Shown piece by piece: positions 13,600 through 24,600 of a stretch of 64,000 nt of DNA. This stretch comes from Rhynchobatus australiae. Lineage: Eukaryota. The translations under genes and the position numbers were made by a program. Below the pieces are notes generated by a model that was not told where the DNA came from, did no database searches, and saw only the letters and a list, made by a program, of their open reading frames with translations. The stretch spans positions 33,650,077-33,714,076 of the forward strand of contig JAUZTB010000063.1 of NCBI GenBank assembly GCA_034780895.1. Reading direction: 5' to 3'. The number at the start of each line of letters is the position of its first letter. Positions within the stretch are counted from its first letter, which is position 1.

Positions 13600-13915
13600 C
13601 CTCTGCCACATCTCACAGATCGCTGCTGCATTGTGGGAGGGGAGGGTGGTCACACCAACTATACCCAAAGTGAGGCGACTTCACCTACTTTTCCTTCAGC
13701 CTACAGCAGCAGGCACGGGCATCTTCCTGCAGTGAAGGTGGATCCAGCATGTGGATCTTCATAGACTGCAGAAATGTCCTTATAGAGACTCCTGGCAAAA
13801 TCCTACCTGCAGTGTCCAATGGGGGATCCCTATGGCTGCTTTGCATTAAGACCATGCCTCCAATAGGCATTGTTCTCCACCACCTTGTCAAGTCAATCTG
13901 ACCCATCAAGAGCAC
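13600..13915 (-). mobile_element. RTE-like 3' coding remnant
   Basis: Reverse strand 'tataaggacatttctgcagtctatgaagatcc' resembles the RTE C-terminal 'YKD..K..MK...ID' segment. Confidence 0.4.
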
Positions 13916-13932
13916 TCTCTCATTCCCTCTTT

Positions 13933-14293
13933 GGCAGTGTAGCGGTTAGTGTAACGCTCTTACAGCACCAGCCACCTGGGTTCAATTCCATCTGCTGTCT
14001 GTAAGGAGTTTGTACGTTCTCCCCCTGTCTGTGTGGGTTTCCTCTGGGTGCTCCGGTTTCCTCCCACATTCCAAAGACGTACAGGTTGGGAAGTTGTGNN
14101 NNNNNNNNNNNNNNNNNNNNNNNNNNNNNNNNNNNNNNNNNNNNNNNNNNNNNNNNNNNNNNNNNNNNNNNNNNNNNNNNNNNNNNNNNNNNNNNNNNGC
14201 GACACTTGCAGGCTGCCTCCAGAACACTCTACGCAAAAGATGCATTTCACTGTAGGTTTCAATGTACATGTGACTAATAAAGAGATCCTATCT
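13933..14293 (+). mobile_element. V-SINE with alternative tail
   Basis: Head 'ggcagtgtagcggttag...gggttcaattcc', V-core 'gtgggtttcctctgggtgctccggtttcctcccaca', tail 'gatgcatttcactgt...tacatgtgactaataaagagatc'. Confidence 0.85.
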
Positions 14294-15399
14294 GTAAGTG
14301 TTTATATGATGGGATCTCGTTGAGCTGGCTGCAGAGATCACAATTGCAAGATTAAATGATGGCAGCTGTAAGAACTTGAAATAGATCAATAGGGAACAAA
14401 GTACTGAAAGTCACACAGTGAATTACACAGGGAAACCTGACAACACTGTTCTCTGAACTTGCAATTGAAGAGCTCAACCTCGATAGGATTTTCATTAACA
14501 TCATTAAGATGCCCCACATCCTTTATATCAAAGGCATTAAAGCAATTTCTAAGGCATAGAATAAGTAGTTCTGGTAAAAGAGAAAACAGGTAATGTCCGG
14601 AATTGTTTTATTTATTTTTCCCGAGCTATTCCTTAGGATTAAAGTTCAGTTCTCATCACCATTTTGTCCTGATCTTTCAGCCCTTTCGGGAAACTCATGC
14701 TGGTGAACACTTGTCTGAAATTCCCTTTGATTCATTTGTCAGGGTCTGTTTATCTTTGAACCCAGTTTAGGCAGCACTCTGGGCCTTGGCATGAATTCCC
14801 TTCAGTCTCACACCTGTCTAGTCACTACTTGACCACCATCTCATTGACCAGGTGCATTATTTCTAAGCTGTACTTCAGTCTATCAGAACACTGCACCTCA
14901 AAATGTTCGAAGGCTTCTAATTTTTAATTGCCCTTTTTGAAAATGTTGTGCTTTTCAGTGTAAGGACTCTGACCACAGGTTTCCATTTCACCTCATCTAT
15001 GTGAGGAGCAAACACTTGCAGATCAGTGGAGCAGAGTCAAACGCAGAGCATCCTTGCTCTACCTGAACACTATGTCTTAAGGCTATCCACAGGAAGCTAA
15101 TGGCAGCACAACAATGATTTGTTTGCATTTCTCACACATCCTGTTGCTGTCTTTGCGAAAATGTAATTGAAGGACAATTGTTGCTTTGGACTGTGTAGGA
15201 GTTATAATAGCCTTGATTGATGAGCCTTAAATCAGAGAAGCCTATTTCAATCAGACCAAAACAGAGCCATTGAGTTGACTCTGCGTCACCAAGTAGGTCA
15301 TTAGTATACTTTTATCTTCACAAAAATGGGGGATAATGCAATCACCATTGTTACGATGGAAGTCTGTGAAGTATTAATTGAGACACACAAAGCATGAGA

Positions 15400-16130
15400 A
15401 GAAATACTGAAGGATTAGCACCTTTGAAAGTAGATAAATTCCCTGGGCTACATGAAATGTAATCTCACCCATTAACAGAAGGAAATAATGGAATCTCTGA
15501 CCAACATTTATTAATTCCCTTTGGCCACAGGTGTGGTGCCAGATGACTGAATCACTGCTAACATTTACCTTTCTTTACGAAGGGTAAAAGAATAATTACA
15601 GGTCAATTTATTGCAGAAAAAATATGGGATTAATTTCTAAGTGATTGTCATTATTTAGAAGGAAGAGAAGCAGGGATTGGCTCAGGGATGATTGTGTATA
15701 CTCAACGATGAAATCTTTTGGGAAGGTAACTAGGAGGGTCAGTAAGGATGGTGTGACTGATGTTGCATATGTGATTTTCAATAAAGCCATAGGTAAAGTT
15801 CCACATAACAGATTGGCTGGTAAAGTAAAACCCCATGTAATACAAGAGCAAATGGCAAACTGAATGCAAAACTATTACAGTGGCAGGAGTTTAAGGGGAA
15901 TGGGTGGTTCATATTTTGAAATTTAAAGTCTGTTTTCAGTGTTTTCTGTAGAACTTACTGCAAGATCCCTTTTTTCTAATCTTTTCAAATGATATCGACT
16001 TAAATGTAGGGGCATAATTAAGGAGTTTGCGGACAATGGAAACAATTGACCACATGGTTGATAGTGAGTAACACATACAGTATGTAAGCTACTCGTGTGG
16101 ACAGAAACATGCCAATTGGAGTTCATCCTG
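15400..16130 (+). mobile_element. CR1 RT fragment
   Basis: 'DVAYVIFNKAIGKVPHNRL' (CR1 DVxYxDFxKAFDKVPH.RL) and upstream 'VDKFPGL'. Confidence 0.75.
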
Positions 16131-16189
16131 TTAAACTACAGGACCGTGAGCATTTGTAAATGGTTCCCAACCAGAGGAAATATTTATGC

Positions 16190-16285
16190 AATTCTGATGC
16201 AGAGTCATTGATTTGAAACGTGAGTCCTGTTTCTCCCTCCACAGGTGCTGCCTGATCTGCTGAGTTTCTCCAGCAGGTTTTGTCT
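16190..16285 (+). mobile_element. Penelope-like terminal repeat remnant
   Basis: 'ctgatgcagagtcattgatttgaaacg...ccacaggtgctgcctgatctgctgagtttctccagca'. Confidence 0.6.
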
Positions 16286-16854
16286 TACTTTCAAAGGCCC
16301 AATAATTGTGGGATGGACGGTACAGGTCAAACAGCGAGGACGGGCGAAGACTCCGATGTACACAGNNNNNNNNNNNNNNNNNNNNNNNNNNNNNNNNNNN
16401 NNNNNNNNNNNNNNNNNNNNNNNNNNNNNNNNNNNNNNNNNNNNNNNNNNNNNNNNNNNNNNNNNNNNNNNNNNNNNNNNNNNNNNNNNNNNNNNNNNNN
16501 NNNNNNNNNNNNNNNNNNNNNNNNNNNNNNNNNNNNNNNNNNNNNNNNNNNNNNNNNNNNNNNNNNNNNNNNNNNNNNNNNNNNNNNNNNNNNNNNNNNN
16601 NNNNNNNNNNNNNNNNNNNNNNNNNNNNNNNNNNNNNNNNNNNNNNNNNNNNNNNNNNNNNNNNNNNNNNNNNNNNNNNNNNNNNNNNNNNNNNNNNNNN
16701 NNNNNNNNNNNNNNNNNNNNNNNNNNNNNNNNNNNNNNNNNNNNNNNNNNNNNNNNNNNNNNNNNNNNNNNNNNNNNNNNNNNNNNNNNNNNNNNNNNNN
16801 NNNNNNNNNNNNNNNNNNNNNNNNNNNNNNNNNNNNNNNNNNNNNNNGGACATC

Positions 16855-17105
16855 TTGGTATTGGTATTGGTTTACTATTGTCACTTGTACCGAGGTACAG
16901 TGATACTTGTTGAGGACAAGTTACAATGATACTTGCCTTGCATACCGATCATACAGGTCAATTCATTACACAGTGCAGATACATTGGGTTAGTACAGAGT
17001 CCATTGTTGTAGTACAGATAAAAGTGTAGAACGATTATAGTAAGAGCAATGAGTAGATCTGCAGAGAGCAACTTGCAACGAATTGCCACACTCTGGCGCC
17101 CCCTG
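16855..17105 (-). repeat. Interspersed repeat (LINE 3' end); inverted copy at 19760-19878
   Basis: 'attggtattggtttactattgtcacttgtaccgaggtacagtga' matches the reverse complement of 19835-19878. Confidence 0.7.
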
Positions 17106-17119
17106 AAAAACATAAGACA

Positions 17120-18175
17120 ATCAATTAGAGTCAACTTGGTTTTATAGAAAGGAAACTGTTCAACAAATTTGAAAAAGGTCTCTGAGGATGTCACAAACCC
17201 GGTGGATAAACTGGATCCAGCAGATTTCCAGAAGACATTTGATAAGGTGCAACATAAGAAATAAATCACTGGTCAACAGGTTGGGGTAAGGTATTGGCCT
17301 GGAAAGGGGAATGGCTAATTAAGAGTTTGGATAAATGGTCATTTTTGGATTGGCAAATAGTAACTCATGGGGAGCCTCAACTACTTACATTCTATGTTAA
17401 AGATATGGATGAAGGGGCTGAGCATACTGCAGCCAAGTTTGACAATGCTACAAAGAAAAGTGGGCTAGCAAGTTGTGAGGAGGACACAGAGAGCCTATAA
17501 ATGGATATATAAAGGCGAAGTGAATGGGCCAGAAATGGCAGATGGGACAATGTGAGGTTACCTTCTTTGGAAGGAAGAATGGAAAACCAAATTATTTTTA
17601 AATGCAAAGAAACCACAAAGTATGGTGGCCTAATGGGATCCTGATGCAAGGTCTCAACCCAAAATGTTGACCATCTCTTTGCCTCCACAGATGCTGCTTG
17701 ATCCACTGAGTTCCTCCAGCAATTTGATTTTTTTGTTTATTCCAGGCTACAGAATCTGCAATCGCTGTGCCTCCACATTATCTAAATTGTGAGAGATTGC
17801 AGAGTTCTGAGTTGCAGAGGGATCTGGATGTCCTGCTGCATGAGTCATAAAATGCTGGTTATGCTTGTGAAGCAAGTCGTAAGGAAAGCTAACAGAACGT
17901 TAATGATTATTGCTAGAGGAATTGAACACAAAAGTAACAAGGTTATGGCTTTGTTAGGTAGTGCATTGGTGAGACCACATCTAGAATAACATGTACAGCA
18001 CTGGTCTTCAAGGAAGGTTATTGATGCATTGGAAGCAGTTCAGACAGGTTTACTCGACTGATACCTGGAATGTTTGGGTTGTGCTATGAGGAAAGGTTGG
18101 ACAGGTTATGCTTGTATGTGTTGGAGGTTAGAAGAGTGAGAGGAGATTTGATTGAGACTTGTAAGATCTTCACGG
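17120..18175 (+). mobile_element. CR1 ORF2 fragment interrupted by a Penelope repeat at ~17630-17775
   Basis: 'DFQKTFDKVQH', 'AKFDNATK', 'ALVRPHLE', 'VRGDLIETCK' motifs across frames. Confidence 0.8.
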
Positions 18176-18189
18176 AATAGATGCGGAGA

Positions 18190-18900
18190 AGATAGAGTTG
18201 TACAGCACAGAAACAAGCCCTTTGGCCCATCTTGTCTATGCCGGCTATTGTGCCCACCTGTACCAATCCCACTTGCCCACATTAATTCCATATCCCTCTT
18301 GCTCATTCAAGTACCTATCCAGCTGCCTCTTAAACATTGGTACTTTTCCTGCCTCCACCAGCTCCTCTGGCAGCTCATTCCAGATACCAACTATACTGTG
18401 TGGAAAAATGTACCGCTCAGTTCCTATTTAAACTTCCTCCCCTCATCTTAAACCTATGCCCTCTCATATTAGGCACCAGTACTATGGGAAACAGATTCTG
18501 GCTATCTATCCTATCTAGGCCTCTATAATTTTATATACCTCTATCCTGTCACCTCTCAGCCTCCTTTGCTCCAGGGAAAACAGGCCCAACCTATTCAATC
18601 TCTTATTATAATTCAAGCACTCCAATTGAGGCAACATCCTTGTGAATCTTTTCTGCAGCCTCTCTAGCCTAATAACATTTTTCCTGTAGTATGGTGACCA
18701 GAACTGTACACAATGCTCCAGGTGTGCCTTAACCGACATTTTTTACAACTGAAACATTGCATCCCAATTCATGTACTCAATGTCTCATCTGATGAATGCA
18801 TCTTTTTCACCACCCTGTTGCTTGTGTCGCCACTTTCAGGGAACTAGGTACTTGTACACCGAGATCTTTCTGTTCAACAGCACTCACCAGGGCTCAGCCA
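18190..18900 (-). mobile_element. CR1/HER1 3' end
   Basis: ORF 18515-18739 'HLEHCVQFWSPYYRK...LERLQKRFTRMLP...LGLFSLEQRRLRGDRIEVYKII' plus CR1 tail. Confidence 0.9.
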
Positions 18901-18929
18901 TTCTGCTTGCTCTGCAATAGGCATGTGCT

Positions 18930-19620
18930 ATATGGAGAGGCTGGACATTGGAGGCTGAGGGGAGACCTGATAGAAGCTTGTAGGATTATGAGAGGTATAG
19001 CTAGGGTAGACAGCCAGTATCTTGTTTCCCTGGGTCAAACTGTCTAATACTAGTGGGCATACATTTAAGGTGTGAGGGATTAAGTTGAAAGTAGATGTGC
19101 GGGGCAAGTTTTTTTACACAAGAAAGTGGTGGGTGTCTGGAATGCACTGTGAGGGGTGTTAGTGGATAAAATACAACAGAGGCATCTAAGAGGCTCTTAG
19201 GCACATTAATATGCAGAGAATGAAGGGATGTGGACACAGCCCTCGGTGTAGGCTGAAGGGAATAGTTTAGTTTAGAATTTAAGTATGGTGGTGTAGTGGT
19301 TAGCTTAATGCTATTACAGTGCTAGAGACCCGGGTTCAATTCCAGCTGCTGTCTGTAAGGAGTCTATACGTTCTGCCCATGTCTGCGTGGGTTTCTTCCC
19401 ACATTCCAAAGACGTTCAGGTTAGGAAGCTGTGGACATGCTACATTGGCGCCAGAAGCGTAGCGACACTTGCGGGCTGCCCCCAGAATACTACGCAAAAA
19501 GATGCATTTCACTGTGTGTTTCGATGTGTGTGTGACTAAGAAATAGATCTTATCTTAAAATTAGTTTGGCACAACATTGTGGGGCAAAGGCCCCCGCTCC
19601 TGAGCTGCTCCATGTTCTGT
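18930..19620 (+). mobile_element. CR1/HER1 3' end with a SINE nested in its tail
   Basis: 'WRLRGDLIEACRIMRG'; the tail resumes after the SINE at 19561 ('ttagtttggcacaacattgtgggg'). Confidence 0.8.
19287..19556 (+). mobile_element. V-SINE with alternative tail
   Basis: Same head, core and tail as the 13933 copy; ends 'gatcttatctt'. Confidence 0.85.
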
Positions 19621-19759
19621 TATTGTTTTTTGTTGTGGGAAAATCTGGAACTTGGGGGTAGATGGTTAAAAAAAATAAGGGGTTGCTCCTTTGAGATGCA
19701 GATGAATCATTTTTCCCCACATAAGACAGTGGCCAAGCCTTCAGTTTCCTTCTTCAATG

Positions 19760-19878
19760 CACTCTGTTCTAACCCAATGTAACTGCACCGTGTGATGAAT
19801 TGACCTGTGCGATCGGTTTGCAAGACAAGTTTTTCACTGTACCTGGGTACAAGGGACAATAGTAAACCAATACCAATA
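19760..19878 (+). repeat. LINE 3'-end-like interspersed repeat
   Basis: 'tttttcactgtacctgggtacaagggacaatagtaaaccaataccaat'; inverse of the 16855 copy. Confidence 0.7.
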
Positions 19879-19999
19879 GGAGAAGGAAGCAGAGTTGGTA
19901 ACTTTAAAGCAGGGATGGATAGATCATTGACAAGGGAGTGAAGGTTAATGCAGGCAGGCGGGAATGTGGAGTTGTGGTTCCAGTGCCTGGGTGGCAGGA

Positions 20000-20320
20000 A
20001 CCGGTGGAGGGGCCGAGTGGTCTGCGCGGTGGGTGGAGAACTTATGAATGGGAGGACAGACCCAGTGCGCATGTGCAGCTGGCCGCAGGCTGCGCGCGTC
20101 ACGTGGTTCCCGGCGTCACATCCGCTGCAGCGCCGGGCCGCACTCGAGGTTGGGCCGTTGTGTCGCCTGTCGGTCGGGGATCGCGGGCCCGGCTTCCGGG
20201 GCCTCGCCCACTGCACCGAGTCCGTACGGGCCCACCCGGGCCGCGGGAGAGGGGCAGGGAGGGCGTTCGTGCTCTGGGAAGGGGGGGGGTGTTATGGTGC
20301 TGGGCGGGAGGAGAGAGTCA
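20000..20320 (+). promoter_or_regulatory. STRAP: STRAP CpG-island promoter and probable non-coding first exon
   Basis: CpG-dense patch in CpG-poor DNA. NRF1-like TGCGCATGTGCA 20066-20077, E-box GTCACGTGG 20098-20106, half-CRE CGTCA 20114-20118, ETS CTTCCGG 20193-20199. Lies 1.2-1.5 kb upstream of the STRAP ATG. Confidence 0.75.
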
Positions 20321-21515
20321 NNNNNNNNNNNNNNNNNNNNNNNNNNNNNNNNNNNNNNNNNNNNNNNNNNNNNNNNNNNNNNNNNNNNNNNNNNNNNNNN
20401 NNNNNNNNNNNNNNNNNNNNNNNNNNNNNNNNNNNNNNNNNNNNNNNNNNNNNNNNNNNNNNNNNNNNNNNNNNNNNNNNNNNNNNNNNNNNNNNNNNNN
20501 NNNNNNNNNNNNNNNNNNNNNNNNNNNNNNNNNNNNNNNNNNNNNNNNNNNNNNNNNNNNNNNNNNNNNNNNNNNNNNNNNNNNNNNNNNNNNNNNNNNN
20601 NNNNNNNNNNNNNNNNNNNNNNNNNNNNNNNNNNNNNNNNNNNNNNNNNNNNNNNNNNNNNNNNNNNNNNNNNNNNNNNNGGCGGTGGGGGAGGGGAGGG
20701 GAGTGGGGGCGAAGGGGGTGGGAGGGAATGGGATTGGGGGGTGGGGAGGAGGAGCAAGAGGAGTGGGTTCATGGTCTGGAGAGGGTGGGATGTTCTGGGG
20801 CCTGGGGGAGGAGGAGTGGGGATGTGGGGGTGGGGCGTGCAGAGGTGAGACTGTGAAGGTGGGGGAGATGCTGTGGAGGAGTGTGTGTGGAGTGTGCAGT
20901 GGTTGGGAGAGGGGTTTGGGGGCTTTGCATATGGGGCGGAGTATGGTTGTGTGGAGATGTGGGCTTGTAGGTTGTTGTGAATGGAGGCTTGAGGGTAGTG
21001 GATTGTTGGGAGCTATGGGGAGGGTGTTAAAGAGGGGGTGGTGGATTTGGTATTGTTTGGGGATGGTGTGTGAAGAAGTGCAGGTTGGCAGGGTGTGACA
21101 AAAATGTGGCTGAATGGCTAACAGTAGGAAAAGGAAAGTGGGTAGGAGGTAGGAGATTGAGGGGAAGATGGATTGGGGTGGTGAAAGGCAGTAGGGGAAA
21201 ATTCGGGATGGAGGAGGGCAGATTATGGTTTAGGGGAGAATGGAATGAGTAAGTAAAAAGGGCAAAGTTAGAATTGAATGAGGCAGTGAAGGTCGTGGGG
21301 ATTGATATAGAGAGGGTCAGGTGGAAAGGGAGGTGGGTGTCTGGGGATTGCAAAGATTAGCTGGGTATTGGGAGGAAGGTGGTTGCGCACTGAGTGCAAG
21401 GTTTGAATCAAGTTTGGTGATGTTTCAGGCTAAAGTCTGACCATGACTCCCTATGCCCTTAGGTTGTTGGGGAGCGGAGCCGCGCTGCCTGTTAGCTGCG
21501 TCCTGAGGACGGGAG

Positions 21516-21627
21516 ATGGCGATGAGACAAACACCTCTCACCTGCAGTGGCCATACAAGGCCTGTGGTCGATTTGGCTTTCAGTGGAATTACACCTTATG
21601 GCTTCTTCTTAATCAGCGCGTGCAAAG
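21516..21627 (+). CDS. STRAP: STRAP coding exon 1 ([10 protein letters not shown]...ISACK)
   Basis: 112 nt; donor G|gtgtga. Confidence 0.97.
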
Positions 21628-24600
21628 GTGTGATTTGGGTAGAGGTAGTGCTGCTGAGGTTGCACTATATCTTCAAGTGTTGTTAACAGCCTGTATTTAC
21701 CATGGATATTTATGGGGTGCAAACATTTGCTTCCAGGCATTGTTGAAACAAAAGTGAGCATTTTGCTAACTTTCAAGTCCCATTTTGTAACAACCATTTA
21801 TTTTGAAAGGGTTTGTTGGGGCAAGGCCAAACTACAGGGATTGTGTGGAGTTCAAACCACAGCGATTTTCATTTTAGTTTTACACTCTTAATGAATTGAG
21901 TGGAGATATTACATGTGGACACAGATAATTCTGTATCTTGGGTGCTTTTGCCAGTTGATGGTTGGCATAACTTCAGGTAATGAAGGAGCACGTGCTTGTA
22001 GACAACATTAACTGTNNNNNNNNNNNNNNNNNNNNNNNNNNNNNNNNNNNNNNNNNNNNNNNNNNNNNNNNNNNNNNNNNNNNNNNNNNNNNNNNNNNNN
22101 NNNNNNNNNNNNNNNTGTGGACTGATGAGAGAATGATTATTCCCAACAATGGGAGCTTAAGCACTACTCAATCACCATCATCTTAGGGATCACCATAGAT
22201 GAGATTTAACTGAATGTCACACAAAAACTGGCTTCAGGTGCAGGCCAGAGGTGGATATTTTCCTTTAAGCTTTTATTCCTCAAACCTCAGCGTCATCTTG
22301 GCAGTACAGGATTGCTCTCCATTTGCTTGAATGGGTGCAGTTCCAAAAGTGTTCAGGCTTTTTGGGTCAAGAATCGTGCTTGACTGGCACTCCTTCCATT
22401 GCCGAAATGTGCACTCCCTCCACCTCTTGGCACACAACTGCTTCAGTTTGGGTCATCTACTGTTGAGTTGCAGCAACTGCCTGAGGCTTCAGTCCCAAAC
22501 ATGTGTCCTGTGCCAGCTGAAAAAATCATGGGCAATTGACACATGGTAAAACTTTGAAATTCTGACTTGGAATGCATTGCTGTCACTGGGTGTCAATATT
22601 AGTTTTCTCGTCACAAGTAGAGAGCTCTAAGTGAACGTGGTGATTAAGCACTCTGAATATCAGTTGGGAATGGACAATCTTTCCCGCAGTCTGGGTTTGG
22701 TTCCCTGTAACCAACTGATCATGCTCCCATTTCCTCTCCACGGTAAAGATCTGCTTGCTTGCTTCCTTAGGGCAGCTCTTGGCTCACTGCTGCTGAAATG
22801 CCAGTCCTTGGTTTTGTTACCTTAAGACTTGATTGTTCTAATGCTTTTCTGGTTACCCTTGCAACTTCCCTTGTAAAATGGGCCTCAATTAAATCTTCCT
22901 CCTGACTTTTGTAACATGATTTTTGTGCTTCCTCAAATCAAAGAGCAATATTGCATGGGTACAGACCTTTCAGCCCAATGAATCCATGCGTTGTCCACCT
23001 AGCTTGTCCCAATTTCCTGCATTCAGCCGTCCAGACCCCTCCCCTCCACATACCTATCCAAGTGCTGCTTAAATGATACTATTGTACCTGCCTCAACTTC
23101 CTCTGGCANNNNNNNNNNNNNNNNNNNNNNNNNNNNNNNNNNNNNNNNNNNNNNNNNNNNNNNNNNNNNNNNNNNNNNNNNNNNNNNNNNNNNNCTGTGC
23201 CCCCTAGTTTTGGACTCCCCTACCCTGGGGAAAAGACTGCTAGTGTCCACCTTACCTATGCCTCTCATAATTTTAAACACTTCTGTAAAGTCATCACTCA
23301 TTCTGCTATGTCCCAAGGAATAAAGACCTCGCCTGGCCAACCTCTCTCTATGACTTGGGCTCTCTAGTCCTGGCAACGTCCTCTAAATCTTTTCTACACC
23401 AGTTTAACCACATCTTTCCTATAACTGGGTGACCAAAACTGTACACAGTACTCCCAAGTATGGCCTCACCAATGACTTGTACAACCACAACATAATGTCC
23501 CAACTCCTATACTCAATGTCCTATCCTTTTTTTAAAAAGCTCTGTTGTTGCTGTTTCCTGTTTCTGCAATGTTCTTAATATCCTGTGTTTACTTTCTCCA
23601 GCTTTGGCAGGCAGCACTTCAGCTATTGCTTCCCTGTAACTTTGACCAAGCTTTTGGTCATCTGCCTTATCAATTTGCAGCTTGCTACATTTTGTTCAAT
23701 GGCTTTAAGCATTTCGGGAATACTACAGTAAAGCCACTAGGTAAATGCAAAGAAGTGGAATGGATTCTTTCATTAAAATTCATTGTAACTTTTGGTATCC
23801 ATTCAGATGGCAAGCCTATGATGCGCCAGGGTGACACAGGAGACTGGATTGGGACGTTTCTGGGTCACAAAGGTGCTGTCTGGGGAGCCACATTAAATAA
23901 AGAGGCCAATAGAGCGGCAACTGCAGCAGCAGATTTTTCTGCGTAAGTGGTGGTATGAATAACTTGTACAAAGGCAATTAATGACTTGTATTTATCTGTA
24001 CATTGTAATGAATACAGGTACTTATGTAGGGGGAAAGTATCTGAGGGAATATTATTTGGCTTTATTTTTCCTTGACCTTCCTTTCCATGTACCCAAGTAT
24101 CATAACCTGTCTGTGACAAGTCAGTTGGTTTAATTCTAAACTTTTTTTTGGAAAGGCAATGGAATATTGGCTGGAGGTGTGAAGTATGGCTTCTGACATC
24201 AGGTCACTTGCTCACCTGCTCTAATCCCACCCAGCTCTGTTCTACTTGGACTTGTTATTGTTTGCCTCATCCCTTTTTCTACCTTGTGAATGCCAAATGT
24301 GAGAGAACTATTTTGAGAAGCCTCTCGGCCAATTTTAAATCAAAGTACTGAGATCTGTTAATATTATCCATTGAAAAGTGACACACTATTAAGGTTATAC
24401 ATGTAAAATTGAAACATGACTCAAGCCGTCTCATGCTACTTGTGAGGCTATCGCTTGTTCAGAAGATTCCTGATTATTTCACCAGTTTTAATGGTTTAGC
24501 AGGCTATATGAAGAGTGTAATCATCAGATTTGTTTTGAATTAAATCTGAGATTGACAATTTGTTCATAAAACCTTTGTTCACTGATTGTTTTTCTTGCAT

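Noticed and set aside
1-20000. EPS8 coding exons expected by synteny
   Set aside because: No recognisable EPS8 peptide in any listed frame; short or non-coding exons cannot be excluded by eye.
19707-20216. 169-aa minus-strand ORF as a divergent gene
   Set aside because: It runs from GC-rich promoter DNA into an interspersed repeat ('IGIGLLLSLVPRYS' also occurs at 16858); not a protein gene.
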